DNA from: an uncultured Rhodospirillaceae bacterium
GTDB taxonomy: Bacteria; Pseudomonadota; Alphaproteobacteria; UBA9219
Direction of reading: 5' to 3'
DNA: 47,176 nt
NCBI GenBank assembly: GCA_964398175.1
Contig: CAYNLV010000001.1
Location: 1 to 47,176 of the forward strand
This document shows, in pieces, positions 26,397-35,300 of this stretch. The notes below the pieces were generated by a model. The model worked only from the letters and a program-made list of their open reading frames with translations, had not been told where the DNA came from and did no database searches. The position numbers and the translations under genes are program-made. Positions within the stretch are counted from its first letter, which is position 1; each line of letters starts with the position of its first letter.

Positions 26397-26450
26397 CTAG
26401 GATCGCCCCGTGTCCAACGCCCATCTAATAACCAACATAAAATGACGCAT
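26397..26450 (-). CDS. Putative leader peptide MRHFMLVIRWALDTGRS (or MLVIRWALDTGRS from the internal ATG at 26438)
   Basis: ATG CGT CAT TTT ATG TTG GTT ATT AGA TGG GCG TTG GAC ACG GGG CGA TCC TAG, read directly. It has a Leu-Val-Ile run and shares the R-x-ALDTG tail with copy 1. Confidence 0.45.
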   Translation of the reverse strand: MRHFMLVIRWALDTGRS

Positions 26451-26482
26451 AAGTTTCAGCTTTCTGCTTTCGTGTGGAGAGC

Positions 26483-26512
26483 ATCCTAAAGTCTGAAAGT
26501 CAACGCAGTCAA
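26483..26512 (-). promoter_or_regulatory. Possible sigma70-type promoter for leader copy 2 (TTGACT, 18-nt spacer, TAGGAT)
   Basis: Minus strand TTGACTgcgTTGACTttcagactTTAGGATgctc lies about 35 nt upstream of the leader ATG. This is a motif match only. Confidence 0.25.
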
Positions 26513-26611
26513 CCTTTTCCTGCAATGAGTAAGAAAATTAGTTAATGTTTCATTAACTTCGAAGCTTGGGCATCCCTTCTTTCTTTTTCTCTTTTGGGGA
26601 GATCGGCGCGT

Positions 26612-27694
26612 TTAATGACGGGACTTTTGACTCGCTGACTTCAACTGGCCGCACGCCGCCATAATGTCGCGGCCACGGGGTGTGCGGATGGGGCTGGCGT
26701 AACCCGCACGGTTAACTATATCCCCGAACTTTTCAATCGTATCCCAATCAGGACATTCGAACGGTGCACCGGGCCATGGGTTAAAGGGGATAAGGTTAAT
26801 TTTGGACGGTATGCCCGCGAGCAGTTTAACCAATGCGCGCGCGTCCGCAGGGCTGTCGTTCATGCCTTTCAACATGATGTATTCAAACGTAATGCGCCGT
26901 GCATTGCTCACGCCCGGATAATTACGGCAAGCGTTCAACAGTTCCCTGATCGGGTATTTGCGGTTGATGGGGACGAGCTGATCGCGCAGTTCGTCCGTCA
27001 CCGCGTGCAAACTGATAGCAAGCCCCACGCCGAGTTCCGCGCCGCATCTTTCGATCATCGGCACGACGCCAGAGGTCGAAAGCGTGATTTTGCGCCGGCC
27101 AATTGCGATGCCGTCGCTATCCATGATGATCTTTATTGCCTTCGCGACGTTGTCGTAATTGAACAATGGCTCGCCCATGCCCATCATCACAATATTGGAG
27201 AGCAGGCGTTGTTCTTTGGTCGAGGGCCATTCGCCAAGTTCATCCCGCGCAAGCATCACCTGCATGACAATTTCGCTTGCATCCAGATCGCGCACCAACC
27301 GCTGAGTGCCTGTGTGACAAAACTTGCACGTCATTGTGCACCCGATCTGGCTCGACACGCAGAGGGCCCCGCGGTCTTTTTCGGGAATGTGCACACATTC
27401 GACTTCTTCTCTATCCGCCATGCGCAGAAGCCATTTTCGTGTTCCATCGACAGAGTGTTGGCTCGCGGCGATATCCGGGCGTCCGATGACGAAATGCTCG
27501 GCCAGCTTGATACGAACTGGTTTGGCAAGGTTGGTCATGCGGTCAAAGTCACGAAAGCCGTGGCAATACATCCATGACCAGATCTGCTTGGCTCGAAATG
27601 ATTCGAATCCCAGCTGGCTCAGCTCGGTTTTCAGTTCCTTCAAACTGAGACCCACGAGATTGAGGCGGTCCGTTTTGTAATTTGATTCGGCCAT
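26612..27694 (-). CDS. rlmN: 23S rRNA/tRNA adenine-C2 methyltransferase RlmN (radical SAM)
   Basis: [11 protein letters not shown], radical-SAM CxxxCxxC in [27 protein letters not shown], and C-terminal [12 protein letters not shown] preferred the ATG at 27694 over the TTG at 27712. Confidence 0.9.
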   Translation of the reverse strand: MAESNYKTDRLNLVGLSLKELKTELSQLGFESFRAKQIWSWMYCHGFRDFDRMTNLAKPVRIKLAEHFVIGRPDIAASQHSVDGTRKWLLRMADREEVECVHIPEKDRGALCVSSQIGCTMTCKFCHTGTQRLVRDLDASEIVMQVMLARDELGEWPSTKEQRLLSNIVMMGMGEPLFNYDNVAKAIKIIMDSDGIAIGRRKITLSTSGVVPMIERCGAELGVGLAISLHAVTDELRDQLVPINRKYPIRELLNACRNYPGVSNARRITFEYIMLKGMNDSPADARALVKLLAGIPSKINLIPFNPWPGAPFECPDWDTIEKFGDIVNRAGYASPIRTPRGRDIMAACGQLKSASQKSRH

Positions 27695-27983
27695 TAAGAC
27701 TCTTTTGCACAAGATGATAACGGTTATTTATGAGCTAAAATCTTAACATTATTGCGGGTAAACGCACACACAAGAAAAGAGAACTTTCACTTCTTAAAAA
27801 GCCCGTGTAGCTTGCGCCTAAGACCCAAGCCTTTAACTATTCCTAATCACTTGTTAACCATCCGAAGGTTAAGACCTGAAAGGGGGAGCGCACGGCCCCG
27901 TAACAGGTGAGTTATGTCCTTGGTTTCAGCCCTTTTAAGAGGAATCGAGGACATGTCCCGTTTCCTGGTAATGGAGTTTAAAC

Positions 27984-28562
27984 GTGGCAAAAAAAGACGA
28001 TAAACCTGAAAGAGAAGATAAAGACGACGAAAAAGAAAAAAAAGGCGCCGAGGACGGGGATGCCGAAGGCGAAGAAGGCGCGTCGGAAGATCTTGAGGGG
28101 GGCGGGAAAAAACTCGGCAAGAAAATGCTGATCATCATCGGCGTTGCAGCTGTTCTTTTGCTTGGCGGCGGTGTTGGCGCGACGCTCTATTTCACGGGTG
28201 TGATAGGCAAGAAGGGTTCAGCCGAGGGAACGCATGAAATTGCGGCAACAAAAGGACGGGCTATCTACTATTCTCTGGGCGATATTCTGGTTAACCTGAG
28301 CGGTGAAGGTAAACGGCCCAACTTTTTGAAGATTAAAGTTAGCCTTGAACTGGCTGATGAAAAGGATGTTCAGATTATGGACGCCATCAAGCCGCGCATC
28401 ATCGATAATTTTCAGGTATACTTGCGCGAATTACGTATTGAAGACTTGCGAGGGTCAGCTGGGCTTTATCGTTTGCGTGAGGAACTGTTATTGCGGGTTA
28501 CCGAAGCGGCGCAGCCAGTTCGTGTGCGCGATGTCTTGTTTCAGGAGATGTTGGTCCAGTAA
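27984..28562 (+). CDS. fliL: Flagellar basal body-associated protein FliL
   Basis: GTG start with GGAG 7 nt upstream. An acidic/basic N-terminal tail is followed by one TM (MLIIIGVAAVLLLGGGVGATLYF). The FliL core reads YYSLGDILVNLSGEGKRPNFLKIKVSLEL...IKPRIIDNFQVYLRELRIEDL. Confidence 0.8.
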   Translation: MAKKDDKPEREDKDDEKEKKGAEDGDAEGEEGASEDLEGGGKKLGKKMLIIIGVAAVLLLGGGVGATLYFTGVIGKKGSAEGTHEIAATKGRAIYYSLGDILVNLSGEGKRPNFLKIKVSLELADEKDVQIMDAIKPRIIDNFQVYLRELRIEDLRGSAGLYRLREELLLRVTEAAQPVRVRDVLFQEMLVQ

Positions 28563-28598
28563 AAAAGGGTAATCATTAACCTCTAGCCACTAATACCG

Positions 28599-29672
28599 AT
28601 GGACGATACAGCTAAACCCGAAATGACCGAAGAAGAACGCCAGGCCGCCGAATGGGCCGCCATGGCCGATGGCGATGGCGGGGAAGCGGCCGCTGAAGGC
28701 GGTGCGGCGCGCGTTCTAAGTCAGCATGAAATTGACAGCCTTCTGGGCTTCAGCGGCGCGGGGCAGCAACAGGACAACTCCGGCATTATGGCGCTCATCA
28801 ACAGCGCGCTCGTCAATTACGAGCGCCTGCCGATGTTGGAGGTCGTGTTCGACCGGCTTGTGCGCATGATGTCGACAAGTTTGCGCAATTTTACGTCCGA
28901 CAACGTCGAAGTCAGCCTCGATCAAATCACGTCCGTGCGTTTCGGCGATTACCTGAACTCAATCCCGTTGCCCGCCATGTTGGCCGTTTTTAAGGCCGAG
29001 GAATGGGACAACTCGGCGCTGATGACCATCGACAGCGCCATGATCTATTCGATCGTTGACGTTCTGCTCGGCGGTCGCCGTGGCACGGCGGCGATGCGCA
29101 TCGAGGGCCGCCCATACACTACCATCGAACGCAATCTCGTCGAACGGCTGGTGCGTGTCGTTCTCGCCGACGTCAGTGGCGCTTTTGATCCTTTGTCGCC
29201 GGTCACATTCCGGTTTGACCGGCTGGAAACCAATCCGCGTTTTGCGACGATTGCACGGCCTGCAAATGCGGCCGTCTTGGCTAAACTGCGTATTGATATG
29301 GAAGACCGGGGCGGGCGCATCGAAATTCTTATTCCCTACGCGACCCTTGAGCCGATACGTGAATTACTGCTCCAGATGTTCATGGGGGAAAAATTCGGAC
29401 GGGACTCGATTTGGGAAACGCACTTGGGGAACGAATTGTTGTTGACGAATATGCACATGAATGCGGTGCTGGACGAAGTAACCATGCCTCTTGGCGACGT
29501 GATTAATTGGAAGGTCGGTTCGCGTATCATGCTGAACGTGAAACCGGACGATCTTATCGCGTTACGCGCGGGCGAAATTACGCTGTTTCAGGGGCGCATG
29601 GGATCGTTAAACAGCAAAATCGCTGTGCGTGTTGAGGGGGTATCGCTCGATAATAACAAACATCAGGATTAA
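28599..29672 (+). CDS. fliM: Flagellar motor switch protein FliM
   Basis: N-terminal CheY-P binding motif LSQHEIDSLLGF. The FliM middle domain reads FDRLVRMMSTSLRNFT...V.FGDYL. The C-terminal SpoA-like domain reads INWKVGSRIML...GRMGSLNSKIAVRV. Confidence 0.9.
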   Translation: MDDTAKPEMTEEERQAAEWAAMADGDGGEAAAEGGAARVLSQHEIDSLLGFSGAGQQQDNSGIMALINSALVNYERLPMLEVVFDRLVRMMSTSLRNFTSDNVEVSLDQITSVRFGDYLNSIPLPAMLAVFKAEEWDNSALMTIDSAMIYSIVDVLLGGRRGTAAMRIEGRPYTTIERNLVERLVRVVLADVSGAFDPLSPVTFRFDRLETNPRFATIARPANAAVLAKLRIDMEDRGGRIEILIPYATLEPIRELLLQMFMGEKFGRDSIWETHLGNELLLTNMHMNAVLDEVTMPLGDVINWKVGSRIMLNVKPDDLIALRAGEITLFQGRMGSLNSKIAVRVEGVSLDNNKHQD

Positions 29673-29675
29673 ACA

Positions 29676-30188
29676 ATGGGCCAAATCATTTCTTTTTTGC
29701 TTGATATCATATTAATCGGCCTGCTGATCACAGGAATCGCCTACGCCGTGCGTTTAATGCAGCAGATGGCAGGGTTGCGTGCAAGCCGTGCTGAGATGGA
29801 ACGCTTTGTGGCCGATTTTAGTGCGACGGTGCAACGGGCGGAAGCTGGGATTCGCGGATTGAAACAGGCGGCGCGCACGGGCGGTGACGATCTGGAACAA
29901 CTGATCGAAAAAGCCCAGTCGCTTCGGGATGAATTGCAGTTTTTGGTGGAAAGCGCGGATCAAATAGCGTCGCGGTTAAGTGATGCGGCCACGACCATAA
30001 CCCGGACAACGGCAGCGGAAACAGCGGCGCCGCTTCAAGAGACTGCAAAAGAAGTGAAACCGGCAACAATTTCTTCGATTGCGAGCGCAAAACAGGCTCC
30101 GGGAGAAAAAAGGCCGTCTAAATCCGGCGTTCCAGCGCCGTCAGCCGCGGAGAGGGAATTGTTGCAAGCCCTCGAAAAGCTGGGATGA
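29676..30188 (+). CDS. Small single-TM coiled-coil protein (DUF6468-like) in the flagellar operon
   Basis: N-terminal TM IISFLLDIILIGLLITGIAYAV, then a helical region (RAEMERFVADFSATVQRAEAGIRGLKQAA). It is translationally close-coupled to fliM, with a 3-nt gap. The family assignment is from memory of alphaproteobacterial fliM neighbours. Confidence 0.5.
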   Translation: MGQIISFLLDIILIGLLITGIAYAVRLMQQMAGLRASRAEMERFVADFSATVQRAEAGIRGLKQAARTGGDDLEQLIEKAQSLRDELQFLVESADQIASRLSDAATTITRTTAAETAAPLQETAKEVKPATISSIASAKQAPGEKRPSKSGVPAPSAAERELLQALEKLG

Positions 30189-30206
30189 TATGGGGCGAGG
30201 TAACCT

Positions 30207-30956
30207 ATGACTGATCAAAAGCCTTGGTATATCATTCAGCCGCGCACCATCCTGCCACTCATGATCTTTTTGGGCGTGCTGGTGGTTGGCATACGCCTGA
30301 ATGATATATGGGATTCCCTGGCGGAGGGGCGTATTTTTCAGGCGGTCACGCCTTCCAAAGCGGCATCCGAAGGGGAGGTTCCCAAGATAAACACGCCATC
30401 CTTGGCGCCGGCTTCTGGCACAACGGATTCAGTCCCCGCGAAAGGAGAAAAGCCGGCGGCAGAAGCCAAAGCAGCGCCTCAATCTGAAAACAAAACGGCG
30501 CCAACTGAAACCAAGGCTAAACCAAGCAAACCTCCCATGGATTCATCATCGGCAGAGATGGAGTTGGTCAAACAACTTACCGGGCGCCGTGAACAACTTG
30601 ACCAAAGAGCGCGTGAACTTGATATGTATGAAGCCCGCCTGCGTGTCGCAGAGCAGCGGGTTGACCAGAAAATGAAAGAAATGGAAACGTTGAGAACCCA
30701 ATTACAGACTATGGTCAATCAACTCAACGCGTCACAGCAAGCCCAGATCGAAAATCTGGTGAAAATCTATGAAACCATGAAGCCCAAGGAAGCCGCGCGT
30801 ATCTTTGAATCGCTGGAGCTTCCGGTTTTGCTGGGCGTTGTCCAAAAAATGAAGCCCCAGCGAACGGCGGCCGTTATGGCGGAAATGGCCCCTGAAAAGG
30901 CTAAAGAAATTACGATTGCCTTAACGAAACAGGATCAGTTACCCCAGATTAAGTGA
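30207..30956 (+). CDS. MotE-like / MgtE-N-like flagellar motility protein
   Basis: One N-terminal TM, a Pro/Ala/Lys-rich linker, a coiled coil, and C-terminal LVKIYETMKPKEAARIFESLELPVLLGVVQKMKPQRTAAVMAEMAPEKAKEIT, typical of MotE/FlbB-type proteins. Confidence 0.55.
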   Translation: MTDQKPWYIIQPRTILPLMIFLGVLVVGIRLNDIWDSLAEGRIFQAVTPSKAASEGEVPKINTPSLAPASGTTDSVPAKGEKPAAEAKAAPQSENKTAPTETKAKPSKPPMDSSSAEMELVKQLTGRREQLDQRARELDMYEARLRVAEQRVDQKMKEMETLRTQLQTMVNQLNASQQAQIENLVKIYETMKPKEAARIFESLELPVLLGVVQKMKPQRTAAVMAEMAPEKAKEITIALTKQDQLPQIK

Positions 30957-31154
30957 TGCTAAAACCTTAAGAAATTCTTGTTTTACCCCGCGACTGGCCA
31001 CAAACAGGGCAAAAGACGGTTTAGCTTCGCCTCTGGTAACTATTTTTTCAGTATCTCCGGGCTAAGTTTTGGTTGAACACAAACCGTCGGTAGATTGCTT
31101 CGGCATGCCGCGAAGGTTTGTGTGTGCAGCATTAGGTTTGCAGGGAGTTGGTCA

Positions 31155-31541
31155 ATGCCTGTTGATATGAACATGAACATCCTCATCGTCGACGATTACA
31201 AGACGATGCTGCGCATTGTTGAAAACCTGCTGAAACAGCTGGGGTTCAAAAACATCCATCAGGCGACGGATGGAACGATGGCGCTTCGCATGCTTCGCGA
31301 TGGCAGTTTCGGCATGATCATATCGGACTGGAACATGGAACCCATGACCGGGCTGCAACTGCTCAAAGAAGTCCGTGCCGACAACAAGCTGCGGGTTATT
31401 CCGTTTATTATGGTAACGGCGGAAAGCAAGGTCGAAAACGTCGCCGCCGCTAAAGAAGCGGGCGTGAACAACTATATCGTCAAACCGTTTAATGCTGAAA
31501 CCCTGAAACAGAAGATCACCGCTGTTTTGGGAGCCTTCTAG
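31155..31541 (+). CDS. cheY: Chemotaxis response regulator CheY (single receiver domain)
   Basis: I chose the ATG at 31155 (GGGAG upstream) rather than the track start at 31095. Receiver motifs: ILIVDDYKTM (acidic pocket), MIISDWNMEPMTG (phospho-Asp), MVTAE, NNYIVKPF. The product is 128 aa. Confidence 0.85.
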   Translation: MPVDMNMNILIVDDYKTMLRIVENLLKQLGFKNIHQATDGTMALRMLRDGSFGMIISDWNMEPMTGLQLLKEVRADNKLRVIPFIMVTAESKVENVAAAKEAGVNNYIVKPFNAETLKQKITAVLGAF

Positions 31542-31576
31542 AGACTGATCTGTTTTTTGCCGGGGAGGATAATCCC

Positions 31577-32230
31577 ATGACCGATACCGAACGATTGAAT
31601 GCTTTTGAAACGAACTTGCACAAACAAATCAGGCTGGCGAACGAAGCTGCCCAGCATCCTTTGTCCGCGGACGACATCACGTCGATTGTGCGGCAGGTGA
31701 TTGATTCCCTATCTGGGGACGTTGCTGCGTCAGATCTGAAGTTCTACGCTGAGCTTGAAGATCTTGCGACCTATATTCGCAGGGCCAAGAAAGAGATTGC
31801 GGCCATAAAACCGAAAGATATCAACATCAACCACATACCCCACGCGACAAACGAGCTTGATGCCGTAGTTGGGGCCACGGAGGATGCGACGAATAAGATT
31901 ATGGACGTGTGCGACACGATCACAGGTCTTGCCGAAACGTCGTCGGGAGAGTTCAAGAACAAACTCATTGCGTGCACGACGCGAATCTATGAAGCCTGCA
32001 ACTTCCAGGATATAACCGGCCAGCGAATCACCAAGGTGGTCCAAACCCTGAAGTACATCGATGGCAAGATCGAAGCTTTGCTGACCGCTCTTGGGGAAGA
32101 GATTCACCGCGGCGAAGGTGCGGGCGCAGGAGAGCCCTCCGACGCCGAAAAAGCACTTTTGAACGGGCCGCAGCTGCCCCAGCATGCCATTGATCAGGAG
32201 GCCATCGACAAGCTGCTTTCAGGGAATTAA
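31577..32230 (+). CDS. cheZ: CheZ-family CheY-P phosphatase
   Basis: RBS GGGGAGGA. Catalytic DxxxQ motif in ACNFQDITGQRITKVVQ (compare E. coli FQDLTGQ). The C-terminal CheY-binding-like peptide is QEAIDKLLSGN. It lies immediately downstream of cheY. Confidence 0.7.
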   Translation: MTDTERLNAFETNLHKQIRLANEAAQHPLSADDITSIVRQVIDSLSGDVAASDLKFYAELEDLATYIRRAKKEIAAIKPKDININHIPHATNELDAVVGATEDATNKIMDVCDTITGLAETSSGEFKNKLIACTTRIYEACNFQDITGQRITKVVQTLKYIDGKIEALLTALGEEIHRGEGAGAGEPSDAEKALLNGPQLPQHAIDQEAIDKLLSGN

Positions 32231-32361
32231 AAGAAAGCGTACAGGCGTCTTTCGGCCAAACATCTCCACGGCCGGACCTTGTCTTTGTCATACGGGAGAA
32301 TCTTCCCGTAAGGCGGAGTCTGCGTGTTATCCCACCGTCGAATCAGTATAAGCTGGAAACT

Positions 32362-35300
32362 ATGATGCCGAATCTGTCTTTATTTCCGTGGCGGAAAGTC
32401 ATCCGGCTTGTTTTTTTCGGGCTGGCCATAGCCGGTTGGGGAGCTTCGCCTCAAGCAGCCGAAAAAACGACATCGTCGGCTGCCGTCAATCTTACCTTGC
32501 GCATAGGCATTCATACGGATTTTGACCGGTTGATTTTTGAAGGACCTCGCGGTCTCGACTATGAAATCCATCGTGACGGAACAAAGGTGACAATCCAGTT
32601 TGCGTCGCCCGCGACGATTAACCTGAGCCCGGTCATGAAGTTGACGCGCGCCAAACGATTTACGGCCACGGGTTCGAATAAGCCGCTGGCGGTAAGCTTC
32701 ACTGTGGCCGAAGGCGCAATCATTAAGGACTTGGTAAACGGATCGGCGGTTATCGTTGATATCTTTGGTGCGACGGAAACCGCCAAAACGGAGCCGAATG
32801 CGTCAGGGCAGACTGAGCCAAAGAACGCTACGACTCCTGCAGCGGCCACGGAAACGACTCTGGCTTCCACCGCAACCGAAAAAACGGGACCTGCCTTGGG
32901 GCCAAAGGCGGTTCCGGAAAGCGAGAAAGCCGAAACTAAGCCCGAAACGCCGGCTGCCGAAACGGCTGATACGACCAAGGATAACACGGACAAAAAAACG
33001 GCGCCTTCTGAAAAAGCGGCGTCATCCCTTTCGACGGAACTCGGCGCAACGCCTCAATTGGTTGCGTCTTTCGATCCCAAGGTGAAAACGGGTGTGGCCA
33101 TTTTCGCGCGCGGCGGCATATGCACAATCCTTTTCGACCGCAAGCTAACGTTAACTCTTGCCGCGCTGACAAATGGGTCAATACCTGCCGAGCGGTTACA
33201 AACCCTCGAATTACCGCAAAACACCGGCTACCGCTTTCCGGTTCCCCCGGGCGTCAATGTGCGGGCAAGCCGCAACGGAACGGTTTGGCAAATTTTCCTA
33301 AACAAGAAGCACGGGGAAATTACGGTTTCGACCGAACTCATTTCTCAACCGGAATATGCCCTTGGCGCGCGACAGTTGCTGCCGGTGACGGATGCGCCGA
33401 AACCGGTAAAATTCACCGATCCGGTCGTTGGCGATGAACTGATCGTGGCGCCCCTGCTGGATGCCTTCTCGGTTAATACGCCCCGGCGCATGGCGGATTA
33501 CATTCTCATGCCGGCGGCGCAGGGGCTTGTGATCAAGCCTCTCCATGAAAAAGTGGTTTTACAAACGGTATCGGACGGGATAGAAATTACGGCTGAAGGC
33601 GGTCTGAAGCTTTCATCGGCTAAAGACGCCGGGATCCGCTTTTCCGCAAGCAAAAAGGCGTGGGCCGCCGCCAGCACGAAATCGATGTTTGATTTTGCGG
33701 TATGGAAAGGCAAGCCGAACGAAAACTTTACATCGAACCGCCAGCAATTAATGCAAACGATTGTCGATGTGCCGGAGATTGAAAGGAATCTGGCGCGCCT
33801 GGAATTGGCGCGTTTTTACTTTGCGCATGGCATGGGTAGGGAAGCCATGTCGCTGCTCGATTTGCTTGTTCAACAAGCGCCAGATCTGGTATCCCATTCT
33901 GAGTTTTTGGCATTGCGCGGGGCCGTGCGCCTGCTGGCGGGACGTACGCAGGATGGCCTGAAGGACTTGAGCGATCCCGAACTGATTAGGCAGCCTGAGA
34001 TTGAACTCTGGCGGGGGATTGGGGCGGCGCAATTGCGTGATTGGGCGGCCGCAGAAGAGCGGTTCAGTTTTTCCGAAAGCATTCTCAACGCCTATCCTGA
34101 GCCGTTCTATTCGCGTTTTTGGGTGCTCGCGATTGAAGCCGCGCTTTCTGTAAACAAGGATCAGGAAGCCGCGGAGTGGCTCGACCGCCTGGAAGCTCAG
34201 AACTATCTACCGGAAATCGAGCCTGCTCTTCGCTATTTGCGCGGCGTGTTGCGTAGTAAGGCTGGTCACGCCGATATGGCGGAATCTTTGTGGAAGAGCG
34301 TGGCTCAAGCGAATGACCGTCTTTATAAAATCCGGGCCGAATTGGCCTTAATCGATCTTGGCGTGGCAACCCGTTCGATTACGCCACTGCAGGCCGTTGA
34401 ACGCCTTGAAGGCCTCCGTTACGCTTGGCGCGGCGACGATCTGGAACTTGATATTCTTCACCGGCTGGGTAGTTTTTACATTGAAGGCAAGAATTACAGG
34501 CCTGGCCTGACCGTGCTTGCGCAAGCGGTGCGCCTGTTCCCCGACAGTCCCTTGACGCCGGGCATAAGTGCCGAGATGGCCAAGACCTTCCATGATATCT
34601 TTCTTGGCGAAGAAGCCCTTGTGAACATGTCGCCTGTGGAGGCATTGACGCTCTATCAGGATTTCCAGAATATTATGCCAACGGGCGAAGAAGGGATTGC
34701 CGTTGTGCGTAATCTTACGGAAAGGCTTGTGGATGTCGATTTACTGGATCAGGCCGCGCAGTTGCTTGAAAACCAGATTAAAAACCTGAAAGGCGAAGAG
34801 AAAGTCAAAACCGCCGCGCGTCTTGCCGCGATTCGTCTGCTGGATCACAAACCGGAAGCCGCCATAGCTGCCTTAGATGCGAGCAAGGATGACATGCCTT
34901 CCTCGGGCGCTTCCGTTGCCGACCTACAGAACGAGCGGCTCTTGTTGCGCGCCCGCGCGTTCTCGGAACAGAAGAAATTCGACGAAGCGCTCGCATTGCT
35001 GCAAGACAACACGACCGCCCCGGCGAAATTGCTTCGCGCGGACATCACCATGCGGGCCCAGCGCTGGAAAGACGCGGCGCTAGCCCTTCTGGATATGATC
35101 GGCCCGCCGCCGAAAGCGGGCGAACTGGTCACGAAAGAACAGGCGCAATGGCTGGTGAATTGCGCCATCGCCATGTCGCTCGATAACGACACGGCGGGGC
35201 TCGACAAGCTGGCGATTAACTTTGGTCCGGCGATGGCCGGCACGCCGCAAAGCGATTCTTTCCGGGTTTTGACGCGGCCTGAGAAAACCGGAGAGTTACG

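Larger units (their letters stand above)
26345..26450 (-). promoter_or_regulatory. Candidate leader-peptide attenuator (copy 2) upstream of the hypothetical 263-aa gene
   Basis: It has the same architecture as copy 1: outer stem ...GGGCGUUGG/CCAACGCGC..., inner hairpin GCGAUC-CUA-GAUCGC, and a terminator with a U-tract ending about 35 nt before the ATG. Two base pairs differ from copy 1 in a compensatory way. Confidence 0.55.

Noticed and set aside
25355-26450. Reading the two ~100-nt repeats as a REP/MITE-type intergenic repeat, a metabolite riboswitch, or merely the terminators of the upstream genes
   Set aside because: Conservation extends about 60 nt 5' of the terminator hairpin. Both copies keep an in-frame mini-ORF with a branched-chain run. 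Both sit 20-35 nt before a start codon, one of which is ilvB. No terminal inverted repeats or target duplications are visible. Leader-peptide attenuation fits better, though a riboswitch cannot be formally excluded without a search.
27736-27847. Sigma28-like motif (TAAA-N14-GCGGGTAA at 27736-27761) and a CtrA-like half match (TTAA-N7-TAAT at 27833-27847) upstream of fliL
   Set aside because: The spacing or sequence deviates from consensus (N15 with GCCGATAA for sigma28; TTAA-N7-TTAA for CtrA). A single imperfect match in an AT-rich spacer is expected by chance, so I do not report these as features.
31095-31154. Upstream start (MLRHAAKVCVCS...) for cheY
   Set aside because: It lies within a stable hairpin, adds a non-receiver cysteine-rich extension and has no RBS. 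The ATG at 31155 has GGGAG upstream and gives a canonical 128-aa CheY.
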